Shown: positions 20,401 through 29,202, counted from the stretch's first letter. The stretch is DNA of 64,000 nt from Candidatus Levyibacteriota bacterium (GCA_009695045.1 SIBS01000001.1:42942-106941); one strand, 5' to 3'. Translations and numbers: made by a program. The notes: generated from the letters alone by a model not told the origin.

Positions 20401-20472
20401 TATCGATTCAACTGCTTCTCTCTGTGAACTATTAAGAGAATTAAAGGAATCTTGATATTTTTTTGTGACCAT
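17425..20472 (-). CDS. UvrD/PcrA-family SF1 helicase fused to C-terminal PD-(D/E)xK nuclease with Cys cluster (AddB/Cas4-like Fe-S nuclease domain)
   Basis: Walker A GPGTGKTQV, DEHQDT, VGDEKQAIFRFQGA and NYRST helicase motifs. C-terminal ...DMIAP...YDFKTGKPK...YKRQLIFYKIL...CSDDDCRYC plus an upstream Cys form a 4-Cys pattern. Confidence 0.7.
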   Translation of the reverse strand: MVTKKYQDSFNSLNSSQREAVESIEGPVMVVAGPGTGKTQVLTLRIANILLKTQVNPENILALTFTEAAALEMRKRLLSVIGQDAYRAEITTFHSFCNNFIKSNQEEFSHIIDSVSINEIEQLQIIEKCVMHLPLIILRPLGDKNYYFIHLIHAIGKLKSENVSPESFEYALENFKKDLDSFPDLFHEKGAHKGKMKSIYQKLYKDYEKNKELLLVFKEYQKKMFENKKYDYNDMLLEVIRKLTENSYLLQILQEKFQYFLVDEHQDTNAAQAKIVELLCNYFDSPNLFVVGDEKQAIFRFQGATLENFLYFKKIYPDAKLINLSENYRSTQTILDVAHAIILNNPKSTQILSESEGLIKKSIHQEEKIGIVELRSSDLEYFWIAEKINNLLVNNSTLGHNIAVLARKNKDIDSLISIFDSFKIQYIVESDSNILDDLDVQKLILLFRTLNEPLKNRDEFIKKALLLDCFNVHPLDAFKLIRGGYDNKISIWDIFKDKNFFKKLSIINKKEIDNFISFFIDEKNGLIKKSSNERFDKVFIDVLYNSGLINKILEKTHAQEILGRIMCLFDVAKEEVGKNSSFSLSSFIEYIDLIESNKLSIKRSSQINPDNIVRIMTVHKSKGLEFDYVFVINVFDGHWGNSRRKNITFNIPWSHLGLKLDGDIENDDNVDERRLFYVALTRARKNIFLSYSLLSQDGREQIPSQFISEIPIDLSENINVDKFEKNLLIHKEKMFNILISNNANSNIPTPFLREYISELFKRQGLSVSALNNFNECPWKYFFNNLIRIPEIIDDAGLFGNAIHFAINKYINSFKNGNTSKEILLGFFKDELLRQPILQKDFLTFLKKGTEALGKYYDEKMNGWNLNIESEVAINGIYINDNIFINGKIDMIAPINSNAFNVYDFKTGKPKSRNEIEGLTKSSSGNYKRQLIFYKILLDNFRDGFYKMKNGIIEFIEPDEGGRFKSESFVITDDEVSMLINQIIDTGEKIINLTFWNIKCSDDDCRYCILRSFIGK

Positions 20473-20504
20473 GTAATGGATATAATTTTAACATATAAAT
20501 ATAA

Positions 20505-20535
20505 GTTTATAAATCTATTGAAACTATATATGTCA
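20505..20535 (-). promoter_or_regulatory. candidate sigma70 promoter for the helicase-nuclease gene (TTGACA -35 with A/T-rich -10)
   Basis: Minus strand reads CTTGACAtatatagtttcaatagaTTTATAAAC about 40 nt upstream of the ATG at 20472. Confidence 0.3.
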
Positions 20536-20602
20536 AGTTTTGTATTATTAGCTTTATGCCATAGTTATTATAATAATATATCGCTATATTAATTTCTAAT
20601 TT

Positions 20603-20631
20603 TTGACTTTTAACTTATTTTTAACTACAAT
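20603..20631 (+). promoter_or_regulatory. sigma70-type promoter of RNase P RNA gene (TTGACT-17 nt-TACAAT)
   Basis: TTGACT (20603-20608), an exact 17-nt spacer and TACAAT (20626-20631). The P1 helix starts about 8-10 nt downstream. Confidence 0.5.
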
Positions 20632-20639
20632 GATTATGT

Positions 20640-21020
20640 CCTGGGAAGAAGAATCGCTAGTCTATTCCTTAAAACATGGAATAGACAGGAAAGTCCAGAC
20701 AGGTATAAGGCCGGGGATGGAGCTAAAGCTCCAACGTATAATTCCGCATTAGCGGAAGAAGCGCTAGTATTTTGACTTTTTACCAACATGTGGAGTCAAA
20801 AACAAATCTTGAATTGACAAGATTTGAGAGTAACAGAAACGAGTTGGTCTGAAACGTGACAATCCTACCCGCTGCAACCTCCGAAAGGTACGTTATTATC
20901 ATGCTTTATGAGAGTACCAAGGAACGAGGGCACTTAGCTAAAAACTAAGCAGAATGATCTAATCATCATACTGAGATAGATTGCGATTAAAACAGAATCC
21001 GGCTTACTCTCTTCCCTGGA
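20640..21020 (+). ncRNA. rnpB: RNase P RNA (bacterial type)
   Basis: GC-rich 380-nt island between genes. AGGAAAGTCCAGAC at 20687-20700 resembles the P4 5' strand; ACAGAATCCGGCTTAC at 20992-21007 resembles the universally conserved P4 3' strand. Terminal GGGAAGA/TCTTCCC forms the P1 pairing. Confidence 0.7.
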
Positions 21021-21144
21021 TATTTTATCATATTTAAAAAGTAGACCATGATTAAGAATATTGTTATAATTAAATCTTAATTTAAAAAACAAGAATATAT
21101 TATTTGAAAAATCAAATAATTTACATTTTATCTCTAAAGATTTA

Positions 21145-21417
21145 TTATCTAATAACTTTTTTTAAAGTTTTCCCTGGAGTAAATCCTGGCGCTTTTCTAG
21201 CAGCTAATATAATTCTTTCGCCAGTTTTTGGATTTCTACCTGGCCTAGAAGCTCTCTTGCGAACACTAAATGTACCAAATCCAGTAATTACAACTTTTTC
21301 GCCTCTTTTTAATGAATCACGAATCGTATTAAGAAAAACTTGAACAGACTCTCGAGCTGCTTTATTGGTAAGATTAGCTTTTTTTGCTACAACGTCAATA
21401 ATATCTTTTTTTGTCAT
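21145..21417 (-). CDS. hup: DNA-binding protein HU
   Basis: 90 aa: MTKKDIIDVVAKKANLTNK...GFGTFSVRKRASRPGRNPKTGERI... matches the HU/IHF family. Confidence 0.9.
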   Translation of the reverse strand: MTKKDIIDVVAKKANLTNKAARESVQVFLNTIRDSLKRGEKVVITGFGTFSVRKRASRPGRNPKTGERIILAARKAPGFTPGKTLKKVIR

Positions 21418-21458
21418 ATATTTTTATACCCTTAATTAAGATTAAGATACAATCTAAC

Positions 21459-22724
21459 TTAAGAAGTTGACTCTGGATACACAGAGCGAAATTCTCGAAT
21501 TGCTGTTACCTTAACCTCTCCAGGGACAGCTAGTGCTCGACTTACTTCTTCTTGAATTTTTCGAGACAAAACTATCGTACTTGCATCATCAAGTTTTCCA
21601 GGATTAATAATGACTCGCAATTCTCTTCCTGCTTCAAAAGCATATGCATCTTCAACGCCATCATATCTTTTGGCAATATTTTCCATTTCTTCTAATCTTT
21701 TAGCATATTCATTAAAATCTTCATATCTTGCACCTGGTCTTGCTCCAGAAATAGAATCAGCGATATGAACAATCACAGATTCTACTGATGAAAACGGCTT
21801 ATCTTCATGATGTTCCGCAACGCAATTAATAATAGCTTCTGGTATATTGAATCTCTTAAGTAATTCTACTCCCAATTTCACATGACTTCCATCACCTTCT
21901 ACTACCTTACCTATATCATGAAATAAACAACCAAGTCGAACGGTGTTCACGTCTGCTCCAATCTCTTGAGCAATATGTACGCCTATTTTAGTTTCTTCTA
22001 GTGTGTGGACTACTAGATTTTGACCATAAGAAGTTCTAAATTTAAATCTACCAAGAATTACTAAAAGCTCCGTTGGTAAATTAAATACTCCTGCATCGAA
22101 GGCAAGCTTTTGACCCTCCTCTAACATTACCTGTTCTACTTCTGCTTTTGTTTGATCAACAATCTCTTCAATTCTAAATGGTTGAACTCGTGTATCTTTT
22201 AATAATTTTTCTAATGCTCGCCTTGCTACTTCTCGCCTAACCTGATCAAATGACGAAAGTCGAATAATTCCCTCTTCATCTAAATCAATATCTACTCCCG
22301 TTGCCTTCTCAAAAGCACGAATATTTCGACCCTCCTTACCTATAATACGTCCTTTAATGTCTTCATCCTCTATTTTTACAACAGATACCGTATATTCAGC
22401 AATATAATTAAGCGCACCGTGACGCATACTATCCATTAATATTTCTTGAACTTTTTTATCTGCAGTTAGCTTGGCTTCTTCTTCTTTTTGTTTTATTATT
22501 CGCGCAACATGCTGAACTTCCGCCTCTTCTACTTCCTTAAAGAGAGATTGCTTTGCTTCTTCAGTAGTTAATCCAGCAATAGCCTGTAATTTATTGAGAT
22601 ATTCTTCTTTTTTTTCTTTAATATCTACTACTGCTTCATCGAGTTTTTCTTTCTCTTTATCAAGCTTATCTTGCTTTTCTAGAAGTTTTTTTTCTAATAT
22701 AAATATATCGTCTTGTGTTGCCAT
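21459..22724 (-). CDS. rny: ribonuclease Y (KH + HD domains), lacking N-terminal membrane anchor
   Basis: N-terminal coiled coil; KH motif IIGKEGRNIRAFEKATGVDIDLD; HD motif ...LGCLFHDIGK.... Confidence 0.75.
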   Translation of the reverse strand: MATQDDIFILEKKLLEKQDKLDKEKEKLDEAVVDIKEKKEEYLNKLQAIAGLTTEEAKQSLFKEVEEAEVQHVARIIKQKEEEAKLTADKKVQEILMDSMRHGALNYIAEYTVSVVKIEDEDIKGRIIGKEGRNIRAFEKATGVDIDLDEEGIIRLSSFDQVRREVARRALEKLLKDTRVQPFRIEEIVDQTKAEVEQVMLEEGQKLAFDAGVFNLPTELLVILGRFKFRTSYGQNLVVHTLEETKIGVHIAQEIGADVNTVRLGCLFHDIGKVVEGDGSHVKLGVELLKRFNIPEAIINCVAEHHEDKPFSSVESVIVHIADSISGARPGARYEDFNEYAKRLEEMENIAKRYDGVEDAYAFEAGRELRVIINPGKLDDASTIVLSRKIQEEVSRALAVPGEVKVTAIREFRSVYPESTS

Positions 22725-22836
22725 AACTTAAAAAGAAAAAACAAATCAATAAGTAAGATTATTACTTGCTTTTGGATGTGATTGAATTATCTAAATTATT
22801 CCAAAAACACATCATATGCTTTTTTCCTTAACTCTA

Positions 22837-23307
22837 TTATACCTCTTCACCATCCAAATCGTCAATGGCCTGGCGTATTATTTCATAATCGAATCCTTTT
22901 CGTTCTAAATATTGTGATAATTTTTCCTTAAGCTCTTTAAAAGGTATATTTTGCATTTTGTAAACACGTTTTTGAATAATTGCTTTTGCTGTTGCTAGCT
23001 GTGTTTCAGATGACTCAATTAGAGAAAGTACATTATTTATAATCTCAGTTGAGATGCCTTTTTCTCGAAGCTCTAATTTAATCAGTCGAGATCCTCTTGG
23101 TCTAAATGCATTCCTTTGATCAATCCACCATACAACAAATTTCTCGTCATTGATAAATCCTTTATCTTTGCATTCTTGAATAATTCTAGAAATAAATTCT
23201 GTAGGGGATTTTTTGCTAAAAAGATGATCTCTTACTTCTTTTTCAGATCGAGGCCTATATGAAAGAAAATTAAGAGTATTAGCAAAAAACTTTTCGTAAA
23301 TATCCAT
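22837..23307 (-). CDS. recX: recombination regulator RecX
   Basis: 156 aa, ...ALNFLSYRPRSEKEVRDHL..., located immediately downstream of recA. Confidence 0.75.
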   Translation of the reverse strand: MDIYEKFFANTLNFLSYRPRSEKEVRDHLFSKKSPTEFISRIIQECKDKGFINDEKFVVWWIDQRNAFRPRGSRLIKLELREKGISTEIINNVLSLIESSETQLATAKAIIQKRVYKMQNIPFKELKEKLSQYLERKGFDYEIIRQAIDDLDGEEV

Positions 23308-23309
23308 TA

Positions 23310-24404
23310 CTACAGTTGCGAGGTATCTTCTTCTCCATCAACTCCAACTTCAACTGGCGTACCAGATATTTTTGTCTTATTCATAATTTCGGAGACAATT
23401 TTTTTTGATATATCTAAATGTTCCTTAAGATATATCACTGATGCTTGCTTACCTTGTCCAAGCATTAACTCTCCATAACGATAAAATGATCCCGACTTCT
23501 GCAAAACACCCATTTCTACTCCAACATCCATGATGGCACCTTCTCTAGAAAGGCCTTCTCCAATCATCACGTCAAATTCCGCAATACGAAATGGTGATGA
23601 CACTTTATTTTTTACAATTTTTACCCTATGTCTTGATCCAATAACTTTATCTCCATCTTTGAGTGTTTCAATTTTTCTAACATCCATTCTTACTGAGGCA
23701 TAAAATTTAAGAGCCAATCCACCTGTTGTAGTTTCTGGATTACCAAACATTATGCCAATTTTTTGACGTAATTGATTGGTAAAAATACATATAGTTTTGG
23801 ATTTAGAAATAACACCAGTAAGCTTTCTTAAAGCTTGAGACATAAGTCGAGCCTGAAGACCTATCATCGCGTCTCCCATTTCTCCCTCAATCTCTGCTCG
23901 AGGAACAAGAGCAGCAACAGAGTCAATTACTAATACGTCGACTCCGCCACTACGAATTAAACTTTCAGCAATTTCTAGAGCCTGCTCCCCAGTATCTGGC
24001 TGAGATATAAGTAAATCATCTAATTGTACGCCTATTGTTTGAGCCCATAATGGATCTAGTGCGTGCTCAGCATCAATGAATGCAGCAACTCCGCCTTCTT
24101 TTTGCGCTTCAGCAATAATTGAAAGACAAACAGTAGTTTTTCCTGATGCTTCTGGTCCATAAATTTCTATAATTCTTCCACGCGGAACACCACCAACACC
24201 AAGCGCTAAATCAATAGGAAGGCAACCAGTAGAAACTACTTGAATATCAAGCTTTCCATTTGAGTCTCCAAATCGCATAATAGAACCACGACCATACTGC
24301 TTTTCAATCTGATCCATTGCCATTTTTACTGCATCAAGTTTTTGAGAGCCATTTACAACTTGTCCTTGAGGAGTCTGCTTTAATACTGCTGCATGTTTTG
24401 CCAT
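23310..24404 (-). CDS. recA: recombinase RecA (start taken at MAKHAAV, 12 codons inside the ORF-track start)
   Basis: ...[32 protein letters not shown]... Walker A and the full RecA core. Confidence 0.9.
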   Translation of the reverse strand: MAKHAAVLKQTPQGQVVNGSQKLDAVKMAMDQIEKQYGRGSIMRFGDSNGKLDIQVVSTGCLPIDLALGVGGVPRGRIIEIYGPEASGKTTVCLSIIAEAQKEGGVAAFIDAEHALDPLWAQTIGVQLDDLLISQPDTGEQALEIAESLIRSGGVDVLVIDSVAALVPRAEIEGEMGDAMIGLQARLMSQALRKLTGVISKSKTICIFTNQLRQKIGIMFGNPETTTGGLALKFYASVRMDVRKIETLKDGDKVIGSRHRVKIVKNKVSSPFRIAEFDVMIGEGLSREGAIMDVGVEMGVLQKSGSFYRYGELMLGQGKQASVIYLKEHLDISKKIVSEIMNKTKISGTPVEVGVDGEEDTSQL

Positions 24405-24495
24405 CGAATCGAATATAACAAAATTTTTCGTAAAATACAAGAAGAAAATCCGATAATCATATTATTACTATTTAATTTTAGAATAGATTCAAAAT

Positions 24496-24536
24496 TATCA
24501 TATTCATTTTATTAATATGATAAAATGAATATGATA
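24496..24536. promoter_or_regulatory. 41-bp perfect palindrome (17-bp arms TATCATATTCATTTTAT / ATAAAATGAATATGATA, 7-nt spacer) in recA divergent promoter region
   Basis: Read directly from the sequence. Arms are 24496-24512 and 24520-24536. It ends 1 nt before the ATG at 24538 and lies about 90 nt upstream of the recA start. Confidence 0.5.
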
Positions 24537-24537
24537 C

Positions 24538-25704
24538 ATGAATAAAAAGATTATCATTTTTATAATTATATTTATTTGTATTTTTACACTAATAAAAAAA
24601 AGTAAAATCGGCAATTTTTTACCCGCTTTATTGCCAGCTAAAAATTATATAAATAAAAAGGCTATAAATTATAAAATACCATTAATACTTCCATATAAAT
24701 TTAAGATCGAAATCATTGCAAGCGGATTAGGAAAACCTCGCGATTTAGCTTTTTCAAAAAAAGGAACTCTTATCGCATCTCTTCAAGACAAAAATCTAAT
24801 TGCAGTCTTTGACAAGGATCATATAAATATTAAAGGAGGTAAAATTAAAAATATTATTAATAATTTAAACAATCCTCATGGACTAACATTTTATAAAGAC
24901 AAACTATATGTTGTAGAAGAAAATCAAGTTGTTAGATATATTTGGAATGAAGAATCAAAAACGGCTGTCAAAGAAAAAGTATTATTTGCATTGCCAAAAG
25001 GTGGCAACCATACTACAAGAACAATTGTTTTTAATAAAAAAGGGCAAATGTTTGTTTCTATTGGATCATCATGCAATGTATGTTTTGAAAATAATGAATG
25101 GCTGGCATCTATTATTGTGTCCGACGAAGAAGGAAATAATCCAAAAATTTGGGCTAAGGGTCTTCGAAATTCAACATTTATCATGATCAATCCAATAACC
25201 GATGAATTATGGGCAACGGAGATGGGGCGAGATATGCTAGGGGATAATATGCCTCCAGATGAAATAAATATTATCCGCGATAACAAGGATTATGGTTGGC
25301 CAATATGCTATAGCGATAAAATCTATGATATTAATTTCAATAAAAAATCAAGTGACTACTGCTTAAAAACACAATCACCAATTTACAATATTCCTGCTCA
25401 TTCAGCACCGCTTGGTCTTGTTTTTATAAATTCTAGGATGTTTCCAAAAGAATGGCAAGGAGACCTACTAGTTGCCTATCATGGTTCATGGAACAGATCA
25501 GATCCTAGTGGATATAAAGTGGTTCATCTTTATGTTAAAGGAGATAAAATTATAAAATCGGAAGATTTTATTACAGGATTCATGCAGAACGGTCAATTAA
25601 TTGGAAGACCAGTTGATTTAATTTTTGACAATGAAGGAAGTCTATTTATCTCTGATGACAAAGGTGGATTTATATATAAAGTGAGTAAAGATGAATTAAA
25701 TTAA
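24538..25704 (+). CDS. membrane-anchored soluble-quinoprotein glucose/sorbosone dehydrogenase-like beta-propeller protein
   Basis: N-terminal TM helix; NPHGLTF...LYVVEEN, ...GGNHTTRTIVFN...FVSIGSSCN, ...LWATEMGRDMLGDNMPPDEIN...DYGWP fit the PQQ-type sugar dehydrogenase (GSDH) family. Confidence 0.5.
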   Translation: MNKKIIIFIIIFICIFTLIKKSKIGNFLPALLPAKNYINKKAINYKIPLILPYKFKIEIIASGLGKPRDLAFSKKGTLIASLQDKNLIAVFDKDHINIKGGKIKNIINNLNNPHGLTFYKDKLYVVEENQVVRYIWNEESKTAVKEKVLFALPKGGNHTTRTIVFNKKGQMFVSIGSSCNVCFENNEWLASIIVSDEEGNNPKIWAKGLRNSTFIMINPITDELWATEMGRDMLGDNMPPDEINIIRDNKDYGWPICYSDKIYDINFNKKSSDYCLKTQSPIYNIPAHSAPLGLVFINSRMFPKEWQGDLLVAYHGSWNRSDPSGYKVVHLYVKGDKIIKSEDFITGFMQNGQLIGRPVDLIFDNEGSLFISDDKGGFIYKVSKDELN

Positions 25705-25941
25705 ATCAATTAATTAACGATACAATTGGCATCATAGGAGAAATATTTTTTTCTAACCCTAATTATCCAATATTTATGAAACTTTTACTAAAATAGGATT
25801 GTTTATTATAAATAATAATTTTATAATTGACAATTTAAAAAAAATTAATATAAAAATAAAATTAGAAAATATAAATTTTAATATCAAATTGGATATTAAA
25901 TCATCAAAGACGCCCAAGAGGTGTTTTTTTATAATTATTAT

Positions 25942-26274
25942 ATGAGAAAAGGAAAACGAGAAGGCGAATTCAATGCAGGCCTTAAAAAACAAATAAAAAA
26001 ATGACAAAATGGTAAATCTAGATGCGGATGTGATCAAAAAGGTAAATTGACAATTCATCATGTAATCCCAGTTGCATTGGGTGGAGCTTATTTGAAATAA
26101 AATTCTATTGGACTAATTAAATCATGTCATGATCTCTTTGATGATATGGCATTAAATGAGCTTATGATTATGGATATGAAAAAAGGGGAATGGCATACAT
26201 TATATGAATATATTTCTCATTATCCAGAAAGTATAATTTCACATAATGACACTATTAAATTAGATAAATCTTAA
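25942..26274 (+). pseudogene. HNH endonuclease remnant disrupted by two in-frame stops
   Basis: A single frame reads MRKGKREGEFNAGLKKQIKK*QNGKSRCGCDQKGKLTIHHVIPVALGGAYLK*NSIGLIKSCHDLFDD..., an HNH C-x-C...HH...GG...N...C-H motif cut by a TGA and a TAA. Confidence 0.55.
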
Positions 26275-26327
26275 CTTTTATAAAAGGCGTCATATATGCG
26301 CCTATCCCTTTTTTAAGATATCTATAT

Positions 26328-26401
26328 TGGTCGGGATGCGGGGAATCGAACCCAGACCTCACGGCCCCCAGCCGCGAATTCTACCACTAAACTACATCCC
26401 G
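26328..26401 (-). tRNA. tRNA-Pro (anticodon GGG), CCA encoded
   Basis: Minus strand CGGGATGTAGTTTAGTGGTAGAATTCGCGGCTGGGGGCCGTGAGGTCTGGGTTCGATTCCCCGCATCCCGACCA has a 7-bp acceptor stem CGGGATG/CATCCCG, anticodon loop CTGGGGG and a TTCGATT T-loop. Confidence 0.8.
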
Positions 26402-26452
26402 AAACATATTTGCCCCCTATATATAAAACACACGACGCTAAAAAATAAAGAA

Positions 26453-27307
26453 TTACTTGCTCCAACGAGCATATATTCCCGTAGAAAGTAAACGATTGGA
26501 ATCTTTTTGTTCTATTACAAGCTCTCCTGATTCTATAACTCCTCCAAGATTCAAATCCATTAACATATTTTCTAAGGCAATAGAAGATGAACTAATTGCA
26601 TAAGCATTTATGATAATAAAGATGGGGGAGTCTGATAAAACTTTTCTACAACTTTCCAAAAGTATAGGAAAACTTTTATTAAAATCCCATTTCTCACCAC
26701 TTGGTCCATGCCCATATACTGGTGGATCCATTATGATCCCGTCATATTTTATCCCACGTCTTATTTCTCTTTCAACAAATTTTATTGCATCATCCAAAAT
26801 CCATCTAATTGGCTTATTTATAAGACTAGAAAGCGATTGATTTTCTTTTGCCCATGTAATACTTGGCGAAGAGGCATCTACGTGGGTTACGCTTGCACCT
26901 GCCGCAGCTGCGATAAGAGATGCAATTCCGGTGTAAGCAAATAAATTAAGAACATTAACTGGCCTACTTGTCTCTTTAATTTTTCTATCAATAAAGTCCC
27001 ATTGCAAATGCTGCTCTGGAAAAATACCAGTATGTTTAAATGGAGAAAGTTTTGCAAAAAAAGAAATATTTTTATATATCATTTTCCATTTTGTAAAGTT
27101 TTTATTTTTATTTAACCAACCATTTTCATTAAATAAGAAATCATAATTTTTCCAAATCTCAGAATCTAAACTAGGTTTCCAAATAATTTGTGGGTCAGGA
27201 CGAACAACTATATATTTTCCAAAACGCTCTAGTCTTAAGCAATTTCCTGAATCTAATAATTCATAATCAGTCCATCCGGGAGTTGATAATATTTTCATAA
27301 TTATCAT
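26453..27307 (-). CDS. class I SAM-dependent methyltransferase (RlmI/YccW-like rRNA methyltransferase core, no PUA domain)
   Basis: ...VLNLFAYTGIASLIAAAAGASVTHVDAS... is a SAM-binding motif I; ...IIMDPPVYGHG... is the DPP catalytic motif. Confidence 0.5.
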   Translation of the reverse strand: MIIMKILSTPGWTDYELLDSGNCLRLERFGKYIVVRPDPQIIWKPSLDSEIWKNYDFLFNENGWLNKNKNFTKWKMIYKNISFFAKLSPFKHTGIFPEQHLQWDFIDRKIKETSRPVNVLNLFAYTGIASLIAAAAGASVTHVDASSPSITWAKENQSLSSLINKPIRWILDDAIKFVEREIRRGIKYDGIIMDPPVYGHGPSGEKWDFNKSFPILLESCRKVLSDSPIFIIINAYAISSSSIALENMLMDLNLGGVIESGELVIEQKDSNRLLSTGIYARWSK

Positions 27308-27688
27308 CTTATCATACTTACAATAAATTACCTTAAAATATAAATATATATTATTTTAAGAATTAAATAATTAATAATTTTATAAATTATTAATTAACAT
27401 TAATCATAAAACTATAAGATATAATTTAATTATTAGCTAAGATACACGCTGAGTATAATAAAAATTAAATAAATTTGAATAAATAAACACTTTTATAATG
27501 AAAAACTTATATCCTCTTAACAAGTATTTATCAATTAAAGCTATATCGGTGCCAAACTAATGGGAAATAAGGATATCGATATTTTTATATTAGCGTATTT
27601 TATCAAAAAATAATTTTTACTCAATAATTTACATAGAACATAGTAAAACTAAATTAAGAGAATAAAAAAAGACAATAAATAAATATTA

Positions 27689-28189
27689 TTATCTTTTTGG
27701 AGACTGCTTTTTGCGACGAGCCTTGCCACCAGTGCCAACTTTTCGACGTTCTCTAATACGAGAATCTCTTGTAAGAAATCCTTTCTTCTTAAGAACTGGT
27801 CGGAATTCCTCTACATTTATTTTATTCAAAGCTCTAGCAATTCCATGCAGTAAGGCATCTAGTTGACCTTTTTTTCCTCCACCCTCCACCTTAACCGTTA
27901 TCATATATTTTCCAAGAGTATTGGTGATTCGTAATGGTTCTTCATAAACAGCTTTAGCAAAAGGGCTATTAAAATACATTCCTATTGGTTGTTGATTAAC
28001 TAAAATAGATCCTTTTTCTACCTGTTCTTTTCCCCATATAATTGGGTCAATTAAGTCTTCATTATGTATACGTACACGAGCAACTGCTGACTTTCTTCTT
28101 CCCACAGCAAATATATAGTTTTTTGAAGTTAATATCTTTGGTTTTTTTTCTTCGTTTCTTTTTAATATATCTTTTATTAATCTTGCCAT
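27689..28189 (-). CDS. rpsI: 30S ribosomal protein S9 (N-terminal extension)
   Basis: ...AVGRRKSAVARVRI... and a C-terminal ...GKARRKKQSPKR. Confidence 0.85.
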   Translation of the reverse strand: MARLIKDILKRNEEKKPKILTSKNYIFAVGRRKSAVARVRIHNEDLIDPIIWGKEQVEKGSILVNQQPIGMYFNSPFAKAVYEEPLRITNTLGKYMITVKVEGGGKKGQLDALLHGIARALNKINVEEFRPVLKKKGFLTRDSRIRERRKVGTGGKARRKKQSPKR

Positions 28190-28216
28190 AATATTATATT
28201 CTATTATACTCTAATT

Positions 28217-28666
28217 TTATTCAGATTTTTCTTTTATATTTTTATTAAATTTATCTGCATAGGAATGCTCTTCATCATTAAAAACATGTAACCGAATAAG
28301 CATTTTATCTCGAAGTTTATTTTGCGGCAACATTCCCTTTACGGCATGTGTAATTATATCTTCAGGCTTTCTAAGCCTAAGCTTCTCTAATGTTTCCTGA
28401 GATAATCCTCCGGGATATCCAGAATAACGATAATATATTTTTTGCTTTTCCTTTTTACCTGTAACTTTTACATCCCTAGCATTAATAACAACTACATAGT
28501 CACCACAATCAAGATTTCTTACAAAATACTCTTTTGACTTACCCATAAGAAGTTTTGCAATTTCAGTTGATATTCTTCCAAGTGTTTTCCCCTTAAGATC
28601 AATTAAATGCCATTTTCTAATAATCTCTCCTGCCTTAGTAGATATTGTCGTTTTCGTAGTACTCAT
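28217..28666 (-). CDS. rplM: 50S ribosomal protein L13
   Basis: ...KWHLIDLKGKTLGRISTEIAKLLMGK...YVVVINA.... Confidence 0.85.
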   Translation of the reverse strand: MSTTKTTISTKAGEIIRKWHLIDLKGKTLGRISTEIAKLLMGKSKEYFVRNLDCGDYVVVINARDVKVTGKKEKQKIYYRYSGYPGGLSQETLEKLRLRKPEDIITHAVKGMLPQNKLRDKMLIRLHVFNDEEHSYADKFNKNIKEKSE

Positions 28667-29202
28667 TTATTATCTCCTTTTTTCACACTAGAGGACTTAA
28701 TATTATTTTCTTTTTTGAGTGTTTTATTTTTTACTTTAACTTTTTCTTCTACTACAATTACTGCATCTACTACGTCTTCTTTTTTATTTTTAATTTTCAA
28801 TTTTGACGATTTAGAAATTTTTGGAAACTGAACAATTCGCGAAGTATCTCTTGCCTCTGTCCACTCCATAATTGCCATCTGGGCATTATCTGCAACCCTT
28901 CTTATAGTTCTAAGTATGCGCGTATATCCACCCTGTCTATTTATAAAACGAGGGGCAATATCATTTAGTAACTTATCTATAGCATCTGATCTTAAATGTT
29001 TTCTCATTTGATCTGCAATATTTGTTCCACCTTTTTTTGCCTTTGTTACTAACTTATCAGCTCGGGCTTTTATAGCTTTTGCTTTATGTTCAGTAGTTTG
29101 AATTCTTTCTTCAATTACCAAAGATGTAAGTAACCCTTTAAAAAGAGCTTTTCTCTCGTCAATATCTCTCTTAAATTTTCTTCCAAAAATTTTTTTCTTC
29201 AT
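28663..29202 (-). CDS. rplQ: 50S ribosomal protein L17 (lysine-rich C-terminal extension)
   Basis: ...RKALFKGLLTSLVIEERIQTTEHKAKA...GGYTRILR.... Confidence 0.8.
   Translation of the reverse strand: MKKKIFGRKFKRDIDERKALFKGLLTSLVIEERIQTTEHKAKAIKARADKLVTKAKKGGTNIADQMRKHLRSDAIDKLLNDIAPRFINRQGGYTRILRTIRRVADNAQMAIMEWTEARDTSRIVQFPKISKSSKLKIKNKKEDVVDAVIVVEEKVKVKNKTLKKENNIKSSSVKKGDNK

Noticed and set aside
25774-26061. 95-aa minus-strand ORF from the ORF track
   Set aside because: It is low-complexity and hydrophobic, overlaps the HNH-like reading frame on the other strand, and sits in an AT-rich region with no RBS. Judged spurious.
26286-26312. GGCG-loop-CGCC hairpin followed by CCCTTTTTT after the HNH remnant
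   Set aside because: The stem is only 4 bp and is separated from the T-run by 6 nt. Too weak to call a terminator.
27308-27688. 380-bp extremely AT-rich spacer between the methyltransferase gene and rpsI, examined for an ncRNA or promoter
   Set aside because: No GC-rich structured segment and no ORF. It contains TTGAAT/TATAAT-like hexamers with a non-optimal 14-nt spacing and a partial ATATCG...CGATAT repeat, neither distinctive enough to annotate.
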